56,600 nucleotides of DNA, taken from the NCBI GenBank assembly GCA_026395895.1, contig JAPLXV010000003.1, positions 1 through 56,600 on the forward strand, read 5' to 3'. The DNA is from Candidatus Nomurabacteria bacterium (lineage in GTDB: Bacteria > Patescibacteriota > Minisyncoccia > Phycocordibacterales > UBA9973). The translations under genes were made by a program, and so were the position numbers. The notes under the pieces are model-generated. The model worked only from the letters and a program-made list of their open reading frames with translations. It did not search any database and was not told the DNA's origin. Positions 9,716 through 19,568 of the stretch are shown here, one piece after another (the first letter of the stretch is position 1; every line of letters starts with the position of its first letter).

Positions 9716-11530
9716 ATGCTGATTTCTTATAAATGGTTAAAAAATTATGTTCCAGATTTACCAGAGCCAAATAAATTGGTAGATATTTTTACATTTCATC
9801 TTTGTGAAGTAGAAGGAACAAAAAAAACAGAAGACGATACCATTTTTGATTTAAATATTTTGCCGGATAGAGCACATGACTTGCTATCTTATAGGGGAGT
9901 AGCTAGGGACTTAGCAGGGCTTCTGGATATAGAATATAAAGACATAGAGTATAAAATTGAAGTAGGTGGAACTACAAAGCTTTCTATAAAAGTAGAAAGT
10001 GAAAATTGCCGTAGATATATGGGTAGAATAATAAAAAAGGTAGAGGTTTTACCTTCCCCAGACTGGATGAGGAATTATCTTTTATCGATGGACCAACGCT
10101 CAATAAATAATTTAGTTGACGCTTCTAATATTGTTATGTTCGACAGAGGAAATCCTATTCATGTTTTTGATTTAGATAAAGTAGAGGGTAGTATAATAAT
10201 TCGCCAAGCAAAAGAAGGAGAAAAAATGACTACACTAGATAATAAGGAAGTTAAATTAAGTCCTTCAAATATGGTTATTGCCGACGAAAAAAATATTTTG
10301 GCTCTTGCTGGGGTGAAGGGTGGAAAAATAGCAGAAGTAGATGAAAATACAAAAAATATAATTATTGAAGTTGCCAATTTTGATCCGATAAGCGTGAGAA
10401 AAACTTCCAAAGAAGTAAATATATTTACTGACGCAGTAAAGAGATTTGAAAATGATTTATCTCCTGAAGTAGCAAGTGATGCGATAAATGATATGAGCGC
10501 TTTAGTTTTAGAGATGTGTAGAGGTGCTATCTTAGAAGAGGTAGTGGATGTTTATACAAAAAAACAAGAGAAGATAAAATTATCTTTTGATATAAAAAAG
10601 ATATCTAAAAGATTAGGTTTAGATATTTCTATTACTACAGTTCAAGACATATTAAAACGTTTTGGTGTTCTATATAAAAACACTGGTAACAATTTTGAGA
10701 TTATTGTTCCCGATATGAGGCTTGATCTAAAAACAAAAGAAGATATGTCTGAAGAAATAATAAGAATTTTAGGATACGATAAAATAAAACCAAAAATTCC
10801 CAAAATAAATTTTAAACCACAAGTAAACGAGGTATATGCCAAAATTTCTTGGGCAAGAAATAAACTTTTAAACGAGGGATATAGTGAAGTGATGACTTAT
10901 ACTTTTTGTAATAAAGGAGAAGTGGAAGTGCTTGCTTCTGCTTCAGATAAGAAATTCTTAAGAACAAATTTGAGTGATGGATTAAAAGAAAGTCTAAAAT
11001 TAAATCAACTAAATATGCCGTTGCTCGAGATGGATGAAATAAAAATTTTTGAAATAGGAACTGTTTTTTTGGAAGATAAAGAACAGATGAATGTTTGTTA
11101 TGCAGATAAGAAAAATATTACAGAAGTTTCTTTGGAAACGTTTTGTATGAATTCTCCTCTTGAGGAGTACTCCGACTTAAAGTTGGAGGGAGGTGGAGGT
11201 GTTTTCCACCCCGCCTTCGGCACCCCTCAAGAGGGGAATAAATTCAAACTCTGGTCTCTATTTCCATTTATTGTTCGTGACATTGCAGTTTGGGTTCCGG
11301 AAGAAATAAAAAGTGTAGATGTGGAAAAAGTCATAAAAAATAGTATGGGAGAGCTTGTAATTCGAGGTCCAGAACTCTTTGATCAGTTCAAAAAAGATGG
11401 CAAAATATCCTATGCTTTCAGGCTAGTTTTTCAGTCCTACGATAGGACCCTTACAGATGCTGAAATAAACGAAATTATGACTAAAATAACCAATAAAATC
11501 AAGGAGAAAAATGATTGGCAAGTAAGGTAG
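9716..11530 (+). CDS. pheT: Phenylalanine-tRNA ligase beta subunit (reduced)
   Basis: DRAHDLLSYRGVAR, B3/4 domain, RLDL...EEIIRILGY, C-terminal FDX-ACB (RDIAV, DRTLTD). Confidence 0.95.
   Translation: MLISYKWLKNYVPDLPEPNKLVDIFTFHLCEVEGTKKTEDDTIFDLNILPDRAHDLLSYRGVARDLAGLLDIEYKDIEYKIEVGGTTKLSIKVESENCRRYMGRIIKKVEVLPSPDWMRNYLLSMDQRSINNLVDASNIVMFDRGNPIHVFDLDKVEGSIIIRQAKEGEKMTTLDNKEVKLSPSNMVIADEKNILALAGVKGGKIAEVDENTKNIIIEVANFDPISVRKTSKEVNIFTDAVKRFENDLSPEVASDAINDMSALVLEMCRGAILEEVVDVYTKKQEKIKLSFDIKKISKRLGLDISITTVQDILKRFGVLYKNTGNNFEIIVPDMRLDLKTKEDMSEEIIRILGYDKIKPKIPKINFKPQVNEVYAKISWARNKLLNEGYSEVMTYTFCNKGEVEVLASASDKKFLRTNLSDGLKESLKLNQLNMPLLEMDEIKIFEIGTVFLEDKEQMNVCYADKKNITEVSLETFCMNSPLEEYSDLKLEGGGGVFHPAFGTPQEGNKFKLWSLFPFIVRDIAVWVPEEIKSVDVEKVIKNSMGELVIRGPELFDQFKKDGKISYAFRLVFQSYDRTLTDAEINEIMTKITNKIKEKNDWQVR
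11151..11239. repeat. Palindromic element inserted in frame in pheT
   Basis: 18 bp terminal IR ATTCTCCTCTTGAGGAGT / ACCCCTCAAGAGGGGAAT (2 mismatches). Confidence 0.8.
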
Positions 11531-11552
11531 TTTATGATATAATTGCCTTATA

Positions 11553-13631
11553 ATGGCTAAAGAAAAAGAAGTAAAAAATGGGCACCATTATGATGCCTCT
11601 GATATCTCTGTTTTAGAAGGACTTGATCCAGTCAGACGTCGTCCAGGAATGTATATCGGAACCACCGGTCCAGAAGGTTTACACCATCTCGTTTGGGAAA
11701 TTTTTGATAACTCGCGCGATGAAGCGATGGGTGGTTTTTGTGATGATATAGAAGTTGTCCTTTTGCCGAACAATCGTATTCGAGTGGCAGACAATGGGCG
11801 AGGTGTGCCTGTTGATATTCACAAAAAAACTAAAGTATCTGCTTTGGAAACTGTTATGACTACTCTGCATGCTGGAGGAAAATTCGGTGGAGAAGGCTAT
11901 AAAGTTTCTGGAGGCTTGCATGGAGTGGGAGCGTCAGTAGTAAATGCGCTCTCAATTTATTGTAAAGCGGAAGTGCATAAAGATGGTGGTAAATATATAC
12001 AAGAATATTCTCAAGGTAAGAAAAAAGCTTCAGTAAAAAAAATTGGGTCTTCAAAATTACATGGAACCATCATTACTTTTGAACCAGATCAAGAAATTTT
12101 TAAAGATATAAAGTTTGATTTAAGTACAATTATAAATCATATTCGTCAGCAAGCTTATTTAGTTAAAAAATTAAAAGTTTCAATAATAGATGCGCGAGGT
12201 TGGGATAATAAAAAAGGACTTGATGACTCTGACGTATTTTATTTTAGAGATCTTGGCATAGAACTTCCCTCCACTTCTTTTTATTTTGAAGGAGGATTGA
12301 TTTCTCTTATAAAATATTACAACAAGTTTCAAAAACCACTTCACGATCATATTTTTTATGTTGAAAAAGAATTGGACGGTGTGATGGTTGAAATAGCTTT
12401 ACAATATGTTGATGACATTGTTGATAGAATAATTCCTTTCGCAAATAATATACATACCGCTGAAGGTGGGACACATGTGACTGGTTTTAAAACTGCTCTT
12501 ACTCGCACCTTGAATACTTATTGTAAAAAGAATGAAATGATGAAAGATTCAGAAGGTGGATTTACCGGCGATGATGTACTGGAAGGTCTTACAGCTGTCA
12601 TTTCGGTGAAGTTAAGAGAGATACAATTTGAAGGTCAAACCAAGGCAAAATTAGGCTCTATGGAGGCCCAAGGAGCTGTTGGGACAATTTTTGGGGAGGC
12701 TTTTGCTGCTTTTCTAGAGGAAAACCCAGATGAAGCAAAAGCTATAATAAATAAGTCTATTTTGGCCTTAAAAGCTCGTAAAGCAGCCAAAGCGGCTAAA
12801 GATTCAGTTCTTCGTAAAGGTGCGCTTGAAGGTATGACCCTGCCTGGAAAATTAGCAGATTGCCAAAGCAAAAGTGCAGAAGATTCAGAATTATTTTTAG
12901 TAGAAGGAGATTCGGCAGGAGGTTCGGCTAAACAAGGTAGAGATAGACGCACTCAAGCCATTCTTCCGCTTCGTGGAAAAATTTTAAATGTTGAACGTGC
13001 TCGCATAGATAAAATGCTTGCTTCTAAAGAAGTAAGAGCTCTGGTTATTGCGATGGGTACTTCTATTGGAGACACTTTTGATCTTTCTAAAATGCGTTAT
13101 CACAAAATAATTATTGCCACAGATGCTGATGTGGACGGTGCGCACATTCGCACCCTTTTGCTGACTCTTTTTTATAGATATTTTAGACAAGTTGTGGACG
13201 CGGGCTATATTTATATTGCTCAACCACCACTTTATAAAATAAAAAGAGGAAAGGAAGTTAGTTATGCATATTCCGATGAAGAGAAAATAAAAATTATCGG
13301 TAAAGAAACAGATGTAAGTGAGATACAAGCGGTTAATGATGAAGAACCCCTACCCGACCTCCCCCTTAGTAAGGGGGAGGAGAAAGGAGGGGGTCTAGAG
13401 TCTAAACAATCTACAAAAATTCACATTCAGCGTTATAAAGGTCTCGGAGAAATGAACCCAGAAGAACTTTGGGAAACAACCATGGACCCAGCTCATCGAG
13501 TATTAAAAAAAGTAAATATAGATGATGCCGAAGAGGCCAACAAAATTTTTGAAATTCTGATGGGTTCCGAAGTTCCTCCTCGAAAATCCTTTATCCAATC
13601 TAATGCTAAATTAGCAGAGATTGATATTTAA
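11553..13631 (+). CDS. gyrB: DNA gyrase subunit B
   Basis: RRRPGMYIG, GGLHGVGASVVN, EGDSAGG, PLRGK, DADVDG, QRYKGLGEM. Confidence 0.97.
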   Translation: MAKEKEVKNGHHYDASDISVLEGLDPVRRRPGMYIGTTGPEGLHHLVWEIFDNSRDEAMGGFCDDIEVVLLPNNRIRVADNGRGVPVDIHKKTKVSALETVMTTLHAGGKFGGEGYKVSGGLHGVGASVVNALSIYCKAEVHKDGGKYIQEYSQGKKKASVKKIGSSKLHGTIITFEPDQEIFKDIKFDLSTIINHIRQQAYLVKKLKVSIIDARGWDNKKGLDDSDVFYFRDLGIELPSTSFYFEGGLISLIKYYNKFQKPLHDHIFYVEKELDGVMVEIALQYVDDIVDRIIPFANNIHTAEGGTHVTGFKTALTRTLNTYCKKNEMMKDSEGGFTGDDVLEGLTAVISVKLREIQFEGQTKAKLGSMEAQGAVGTIFGEAFAAFLEENPDEAKAIINKSILALKARKAAKAAKDSVLRKGALEGMTLPGKLADCQSKSAEDSELFLVEGDSAGGSAKQGRDRRTQAILPLRGKILNVERARIDKMLASKEVRALVIAMGTSIGDTFDLSKMRYHKIIIATDADVDGAHIRTLLLTLFYRYFRQVVDAGYIYIAQPPLYKIKRGKEVSYAYSDEEKIKIIGKETDVSEIQAVNDEEPLPDLPLSKGEEKGGGLESKQSTKIHIQRYKGLGEMNPEELWETTMDPAHRVLKKVNIDDAEEANKIFEILMGSEVPPRKSFIQSNAKLAEIDI
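13346..13394. repeat. Palindromic element inserted in frame in gyrB
   Basis: ACCCC...CCTCCCCCTT-AGT-AAGGGGGAGG...GGGGT. Confidence 0.8.
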
Positions 13632-13632
13632 T

Positions 13633-15384
13633 TTATTTTTTTTCTTCAATTTCCTTTTTGAGTTTTGAGACAAATTCTTCGGAAGAAATATTTTCTAGTT
13701 TTTCGTTATTTCGTCCTTCTATGGTGAGTTTTTTTGAATCTTTTTCTTTGTCTCCGATAATTATCAAATAAGGAATCTTTTGAATTTTGGCATTACGGAT
13801 TTTTTTACTCAAAGATTCATTTGATTCATCTAATTCTACGCGGATATTATGTTCTTTAAGAATTTTAAAAACTTCACTGGCATAATCTAAATGTTTATCT
13901 TCAGAAATCGGAATAACTTTCACTTGCACAGGGGAGAGCCAAAGAGGGAAGGCGCCGGCATAATGTTCGATCAAGATACCCATGAATCTTTCAAAAGATC
14001 CGAAGATGGCCACATGAAGCACAACCACGCGATGTTTTTTGCCATCTTCTCCAGCATAATCCATTTCAAAATTTTCCGGTTGATTAAAATCAAGTTGTAT
14101 AGTTGCTAGTTGCCATTCTCTTCCTATCGAATCTTTTATCTTTATATCGATTTTTGGTCCGTAAAAAGCAGCTTCTCCCTCTTCAATACTATATTTCAGT
14201 TTCATTTTTTCAGCGGAATTAACCAAGATTTTTTCCGCTTTTTCCCATACGTCATCATTACCGAAATATTTTTCTTTTTTCAATGGGTCTCGTATAGATA
14301 TTTCTATTTTATAATTGTCAAAACCGAATGTGCCATAAACTTTTTTCATTAGACCAAAAATCATTTCAATTTCTGATTCGATTTGGTCGGGTCTTATGAA
14401 ATGGTGCGTGTCATCTTGAGTCAAATTCTTAACACGCAAAAGGCCAGCTAATTCTCCACTTTTTTCATTACGATATACAGTTGTGTTTTCTGCTATACGT
14501 AACGGTAAATCACGATAACTATGTTGTTCAGCGTTATATATTTCAAAATGATGAGGACAATTCATGGCTTTCATGACAAATTCTTCACCATTTTCATCCG
14601 TCATGATTGGCATCATTGCATCGTATTTACCCATGTGTCCGCTTTTTATATAAAGTTCTTTTTTTGCGATATGCGGAATTGTGACAAAAGAATAACCCAG
14701 ATCTTCTTTTTCTTTTCTTATAAAATTTTCTAGTTCAGTTTTTATAATATTACCCTTAGGCAAATACATCGGTAGACCTTTTCCGACTAAATTTGAAACA
14801 GTAAATAATCCCAGTTCTTTTCCTAATTTTTTATGATCTCTCTTTTCTGCTTCTTCGCGCATTTTGATATATTTTTCCAATTCTTCTTTTGTCTCAAATG
14901 CCAATCCATAAATACGAGTGAGCATTTTATTTTTTTCATCTCCACGCCAATATGCTCCAGCTACGCGGTCTAATTTAAACGAGTCCGGTTTTATTTCTTT
15001 AGCTGGGTTTTCTAAATGCCCGCCTCGGCAAAGGTCTGTAAACTTGCCACAAGTATAAAATGTTATTTTTTCTTTCTTCCCAACGATCTCATCTATCAGT
15101 TCTATTTTGTATTCATTTTTTTTGAAGTGTTCTTTTGCTTCTTTTTCACTTTTTTCTGCACTTTCAAATACTTTCCAAGACTTCAAAATCTCTTTCATTT
15201 TCTTCTCTATTTTAGGTAAATCTTTATCAGAAATAGGATTTTTGAATTCAAAATCGTAGTAGAAGCCGTCCTCTATTGACGGACCAATAGTATTTTTAGT
15301 ATCTGGGTACATCTCTAAAACAGCCGCAGCCAAAAGGTGAGCCAATGAGTGTCTTAAATTGTGTAATTTATCAACCTCTGCCAT
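13633..15384 (-). CDS. thrS: Threonine-tRNA ligase
   Basis: RHSLAH, DLCRGGH, AYWRGD, KAMNCPHH, AFYGPKID, TIQLDF. Confidence 0.97.
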   Translation of the reverse strand: MAEVDKLHNLRHSLAHLLAAAVLEMYPDTKNTIGPSIEDGFYYDFEFKNPISDKDLPKIEKKMKEILKSWKVFESAEKSEKEAKEHFKKNEYKIELIDEIVGKKEKITFYTCGKFTDLCRGGHLENPAKEIKPDSFKLDRVAGAYWRGDEKNKMLTRIYGLAFETKEELEKYIKMREEAEKRDHKKLGKELGLFTVSNLVGKGLPMYLPKGNIIKTELENFIRKEKEDLGYSFVTIPHIAKKELYIKSGHMGKYDAMMPIMTDENGEEFVMKAMNCPHHFEIYNAEQHSYRDLPLRIAENTTVYRNEKSGELAGLLRVKNLTQDDTHHFIRPDQIESEIEMIFGLMKKVYGTFGFDNYKIEISIRDPLKKEKYFGNDDVWEKAEKILVNSAEKMKLKYSIEEGEAAFYGPKIDIKIKDSIGREWQLATIQLDFNQPENFEMDYAGEDGKKHRVVVLHVAIFGSFERFMGILIEHYAGAFPLWLSPVQVKVIPISEDKHLDYASEVFKILKEHNIRVELDESNESLSKKIRNAKIQKIPYLIIIGDKEKDSKKLTIEGRNNEKLENISSEEFVSKLKKEIEEKK

Positions 15385-15464
15385 ATACCTTTATAATATC
15401 ATATTTTAACATTTCGCAAAAATTGTTTTGCTTTTTATGCCTATTATGTTAGTATAGAAATATT

Positions 15465-15692
15465 ATGGTAGTACGAATGAGACATACAAAATCGCATACA
15501 GCAAACCGACGTTCTCATCATGCATTGACGAGTACGGGTTTTACTAAATGTGAAAATTGTAAAAATCCAAAGAAACGTCACACGGTTTGTTCATCTTGTG
15601 GATATTATCGTGGAATGAAAGTTTTGGATTTGGTGAAGAAAATGGAAAAGAAGCAAAAGAAAGAAAAGGCTAAACAGAAACAAGCTAATTAG
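15465..15692 (+). CDS. rpmF: 50S ribosomal protein L32
   Basis: RRSHHAL, CENC...HTVCSSCGYYRG. Confidence 0.93.
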   Translation: MVVRMRHTKSHTANRRSHHALTSTGFTKCENCKNPKKRHTVCSSCGYYRGMKVLDLVKKMEKKQKKEKAKQKQAN

Positions 15693-15763
15693 CTTATAGT
15701 TTTTGGCTTTTTAGGCAAGAAATGATTTGCTAAGAAGCTAATAGCTAAAAAGTTAGAAAGCTA
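15690..15763. repeat. Inverted arrays of degenerate 7-8 nt AAGCTA-type repeats
   Basis: tagcttatagtttttggctttttagg facing ctaagaagctaatagctaaaaagttagaaagcta. Confidence 0.5.
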
Positions 15764-15771
15764 TTAAAAAA

Positions 15772-16710
15772 ATGGCAAATAGGCACCTTTCAAGATCAAT
15801 AGTTCTCCAAACGCTTTTTGAGTGGGATTTTATGTCTGCAGAAGAGAGTGGTGTTTGGAATGATAAAAAGATAAAAGAAGCACTTAATAGAAATTTAAAA
15901 GAATTTGCTCCTGGGTTAGAGGACGATATTTTTGTTTTTTCTTTGGTGGAACAAGTTTTAGAAAAATCTAAAGTAATTGATGAAATAATAAAAAAAGCTG
16001 CGCCGGACTGGCCTATTGATAAAATTTCCGTGGTGGACAGAAATATTTTACGAATTGGTTTAACTGAACTTCTTTTTGGTGATAGAAGCCAAGTACCTCC
16101 GAAAGTAGCTATTAATGAAGCCATAGAATTGGCCAAAACTTTTGGCGGGGAAAATTCTGGTAAATTTGTAAACGGTGTATTGGGTGCAGTTTATAAAGAA
16201 ATTGGCGAACCTGGCAAAGAACAAGTAAGTAAAAAGAAAAAAATTGAAGAACCAGTAGATATAACAAAATTGCCAGTTGAAAAACTGGGGGGTGCCTTGA
16301 TTTATGCCAAAAGGCCTGCCCGTTTCTCTGGCGGGGGCAATGATATTTTATTTGCCTTAGTGCACGACGTTTTTGGTTACTGGACTTTGTCTAAAGGTAG
16401 TATTGAAGATAGTGAAAATATAGAAGAGGGGACAATAAGAGAGATAAAAGAAGAAACGGGCCTTGATATTTTTATCAAAGAAAAAATTGGAGAAAATGAA
16501 TATGTAGCTAGTCATCCGGAAAAAGGAAAAACATTAAAAAAAGTGACATATTTTTTGGCAGAAAGTAAATATCAAAAACTTAAACTCGGAACTTCTGGCG
16601 GGCTAGATGACGCTAAATGGTTCCAGCTTTCAGAAATTCCTGAGCTTCGTATTTACAATGACATTATTCCACTTATTACAAAAGCGATCGAAATTATCAG
16701 TAAAAAATAA
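15772..16710 (+). CDS. nusB: NusB fused to a Nudix hydrolase domain
   Basis: VDRNILR, INEAIELAKTFG, KFVNGVLG; Nudix box GSIEDSENIEEGTIREIKEETG. Confidence 0.9.
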   Translation: MANRHLSRSIVLQTLFEWDFMSAEESGVWNDKKIKEALNRNLKEFAPGLEDDIFVFSLVEQVLEKSKVIDEIIKKAAPDWPIDKISVVDRNILRIGLTELLFGDRSQVPPKVAINEAIELAKTFGGENSGKFVNGVLGAVYKEIGEPGKEQVSKKKKIEEPVDITKLPVEKLGGALIYAKRPARFSGGGNDILFALVHDVFGYWTLSKGSIEDSENIEEGTIREIKEETGLDIFIKEKIGENEYVASHPEKGKTLKKVTYFLAESKYQKLKLGTSGGLDDAKWFQLSEIPELRIYNDIIPLITKAIEIISKK

Positions 16711-16721
16711 TTTTTTATATT

Positions 16722-17417
16722 ATGATTCAATTTTCAGGTTTTGAAAAAAATACAAAAGTGATTTTTAAAGATAAAAATTTATTAAAACAGGCTTTTATCC
16801 ATCGTTCCTATATAAATGAGAATCCGGGTTCTAATCTTTCACACAACGAGCGTTTGGAATTTTTAGGAGATGCAGTACTGGAGCTTGTTGTGACTGATTT
16901 TCTTTATAAAAAATATCCGAATTATACAGAAGGAGAATTAACTGCTATTCGTTCAGCTTTAGTAAATGCCATTATTATTTCTGAAGTTGCTTCAAAAATT
17001 GGGATGAATGATTACTTACTTTTATCTAAGGGCGAAGCTAAAGACAACGGTAAAGCCAGACAATATATTTTAGCTAATACGTATGAAGCGTATATTGGAG
17101 CGGTTTATTTGGATCAAGGCTATAATGCTGTAAATAAATTTGTCACTGCCACTCTTTTACCGCACACAGAAGAAATTGTGGCTAAAAAACTTTGGCGTGA
17201 TGCTAAAAGTTTGGTACAAGAAAAAGCCCAAGAATTTGTTGGAGTTACTCCTGCTTATAAAGTTTTACACGAATCGGGTCCTGACCATGATAAACATTTT
17301 ACGGTAGGTATTTTATTTGGCTCTGATTTAATTGCTGAAGGAAAAGGAAAATCAAAACAAGAAGCGGAACAGAAGGCTGCCGAAATGGCATTAAAAGTGA
17401 AAAATTGGATGGAATAA
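16722..17417 (+). CDS. rnc: Ribonuclease III
   Basis: HNERLEFLGDAVL plus dsRBD. Confidence 0.97.
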   Translation: MIQFSGFEKNTKVIFKDKNLLKQAFIHRSYINENPGSNLSHNERLEFLGDAVLELVVTDFLYKKYPNYTEGELTAIRSALVNAIIISEVASKIGMNDYLLLSKGEAKDNGKARQYILANTYEAYIGAVYLDQGYNAVNKFVTATLLPHTEEIVAKKLWRDAKSLVQEKAQEFVGVTPAYKVLHESGPDHDKHFTVGILFGSDLIAEGKGKSKQEAEQKAAEMALKVKNWME

Positions 17418-17418
17418 T

Positions 17419-19566
17419 ATGCGACTAAAAAACCTTGAAATAAATGGCTTTAAATCATTTTCTAAAAAAACTGTTTTGGAGTTTCAAAATTCGATTGTGG
17501 CTATTGTCGGTCCCAATGGATCTGGTAAATCAAATGTAGTGGAAGCTTTGCGTTTTGTTTTAGGCGAACAGTCAATGAAATCAATGCGTGGGTCATTGGG
17601 AGCTGATTTGATTTTTAAAGGGTCAAAAAACTTACCCAAAAGTTCCCGAGCAACTGCTACTATATATTTTAATAACTCTGATAAAATTTTTAAACTTTCT
17701 AATGAAACAGGAGAAAATATAAATTTAAATTATGATGTTATTTCAATTTCTCGTGAAGTTTTTTCTGATGGCTTAAATAAATATATTTTGAATGGTTCAG
17801 AAGTAAGATTAAAAGATATTAATAATCTTTTATCCTCAGTTAATATTGGTTCTTCTGGGCACCATATTATTTCGCAAGGTGAGGCGGACAGAATTCTAAA
17901 TGCTTCTCCTAGGGATAGAAGGGAAATGGTAGAAGATGCTCTTGGACTTAAAATTTACCAATATAAAATAAAAGAAGCGCAACGCAAATTAGAAAGAACT
18001 ACCGACAATATGAAAGAGGTTTCACTTTTGCGTCGAGAAAATGCTCCGCATTTAAATTTTCTAAAAAAACAAGTAGATAAATTTGAAAAAGCAAAAGAAA
18101 TGCAGGTAACATTGTTATCTCTTTATAAAGAATACTTAAAGAAAGAAAGTGTTTATTTAGAAAAAGAACAATCAAATTTACTTTCAGAAAAAAATAAAAT
18201 TTCTTTAGAGTTGAAAAACGTAAAAGAGAAAATCTCTGATACAGATGAAACTGAAAAGAGAGGAGAAAGTGAAAAAGAAAAAGAATTAAAAGTATTTGAA
18301 AAAAAGATAAGTGAAATTCATGCAGTCAAAAATGAAATAGAACGCAAATTGGGAAGAATTGAAGGAATTCTTGAATCAAAAGGAAATAAAGTTAAAATTT
18401 CTGGTAAATGTCCTTTATGTGGCAGTGAAATTAAGGAAAAAGAAGAAGGTCAGATAGAAAAGAGACAAAATGATGAAAAAGAATTGGAAGAATTAAAAAA
18501 TTCTCAAGCTGGTATTCTAGCTGAAATGGAGAATTTAAAAAATGAGGAGGGAAATATTTTTGAAAAAATAGAAATATTGAAAAAAGAAATTAATCAAGAG
18601 AATGAAGCTCTGCATATAAAAGAAAAGGAGAAATTTAATTTTAGAGTTAGGCACCAAGAGTTATCCTCTTCTTTAGATCTAATTTCTGTCAAAGAACAAA
18701 ATCTTAAAAGAGAGATAGAATCTTTCGAAAATGAAATAAAAGAAGGTGAAGCTTTAATTGGAAGTGAAATTTTGTCTTATAAAAATTTTGAGGTGAATGA
18801 AATAATTGATAGAAATGCGCAAGAAGAATCAAGACGAAAAATTGAACGTATAAAAATGAAGTTAGAAGACGTTGGTGTGGGTGGAGGATCAGAAGTAATG
18901 AAAGAATATGAGGAAGTTTTTCAAAGAGATAATTTTTTAGCCAAAGAGATGGAAGATTTAGCTGTAAGTATAGAGTCTCTTCGAAAATTGATGGCAGATT
19001 TGAAAGAAAAAATAGATATAGAATTTAAAGAGGGTATTAAGAAAATAAATGTAGAGTTTGATAAATTCTTTTCTTTGATGTTTGGCGGAGGAACTGGCTA
19101 TCTTGCAATTGTTGTTGAAAGTAAAAAGAAGAAAGAAGCCCCGACGCTCGAAGAGGTCGGGGTCCCGACTCCTGATGAAGATCAGGACGTCGGGAAAGAA
19201 ATCGTTCCTGAACAAGGCATTGAAATTAATGTTTCGCTTCCACATAAAAAAGTGAAAGAACTGAATGCACTTTCTGGAGGAGAAAGGTCTCTTACCTCTA
19301 TTGCTCTTCTTTTTGCTATGTCCCAAGTAAATCCACCGCCATTTTTGGTACTTGATGAAACAGATGCTGCGCTAGACGAAGCAAATTCTCGCAAATATGG
19401 GGATATGCTAGAAAAACTCTCTCATCACTCTCAGCTTATAGTCGTTACTCATAATAGGGAAACAATGTCTCGCGCTGGCATTTTATATGGCGTCACTATA
19501 GGTTCCGATGGTGCCTCCAAACTTCTCTCTGTCAAACTGGACGAAGCCGCCGCAATTGCAAAGTAA
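17419..19566 (+). CDS. smc: Short SMC-family ATPase
   Basis: GFKSF, GPNGSGKSN, LSGGE, LDETDAALD, VVTH; follows rnc; central CPLC, no recognisable hinge. Confidence 0.85.
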   Translation: MRLKNLEINGFKSFSKKTVLEFQNSIVAIVGPNGSGKSNVVEALRFVLGEQSMKSMRGSLGADLIFKGSKNLPKSSRATATIYFNNSDKIFKLSNETGENINLNYDVISISREVFSDGLNKYILNGSEVRLKDINNLLSSVNIGSSGHHIISQGEADRILNASPRDRREMVEDALGLKIYQYKIKEAQRKLERTTDNMKEVSLLRRENAPHLNFLKKQVDKFEKAKEMQVTLLSLYKEYLKKESVYLEKEQSNLLSEKNKISLELKNVKEKISDTDETEKRGESEKEKELKVFEKKISEIHAVKNEIERKLGRIEGILESKGNKVKISGKCPLCGSEIKEKEEGQIEKRQNDEKELEELKNSQAGILAEMENLKNEEGNIFEKIEILKKEINQENEALHIKEKEKFNFRVRHQELSSSLDLISVKEQNLKREIESFENEIKEGEALIGSEILSYKNFEVNEIIDRNAQEESRRKIERIKMKLEDVGVGGGSEVMKEYEEVFQRDNFLAKEMEDLAVSIESLRKLMADLKEKIDIEFKEGIKKINVEFDKFFSLMFGGGTGYLAIVVESKKKKEAPTLEEVGVPTPDEDQDVGKEIVPEQGIEINVSLPHKKVKELNALSGGERSLTSIALLFAMSQVNPPPFLVLDETDAALDEANSRKYGDMLEKLSHHSQLIVVTHNRETMSRAGILYGVTIGSDGASKLLSVKLDEAAAIAK
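19139..19195. repeat. Double-hairpin CCCGAC/GTCGGG element in frame in smc
   Basis: 57 nt, two hairpins; homologous to two copies in rnr. Confidence 0.85.
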
Positions 19567-19568
19567 AT

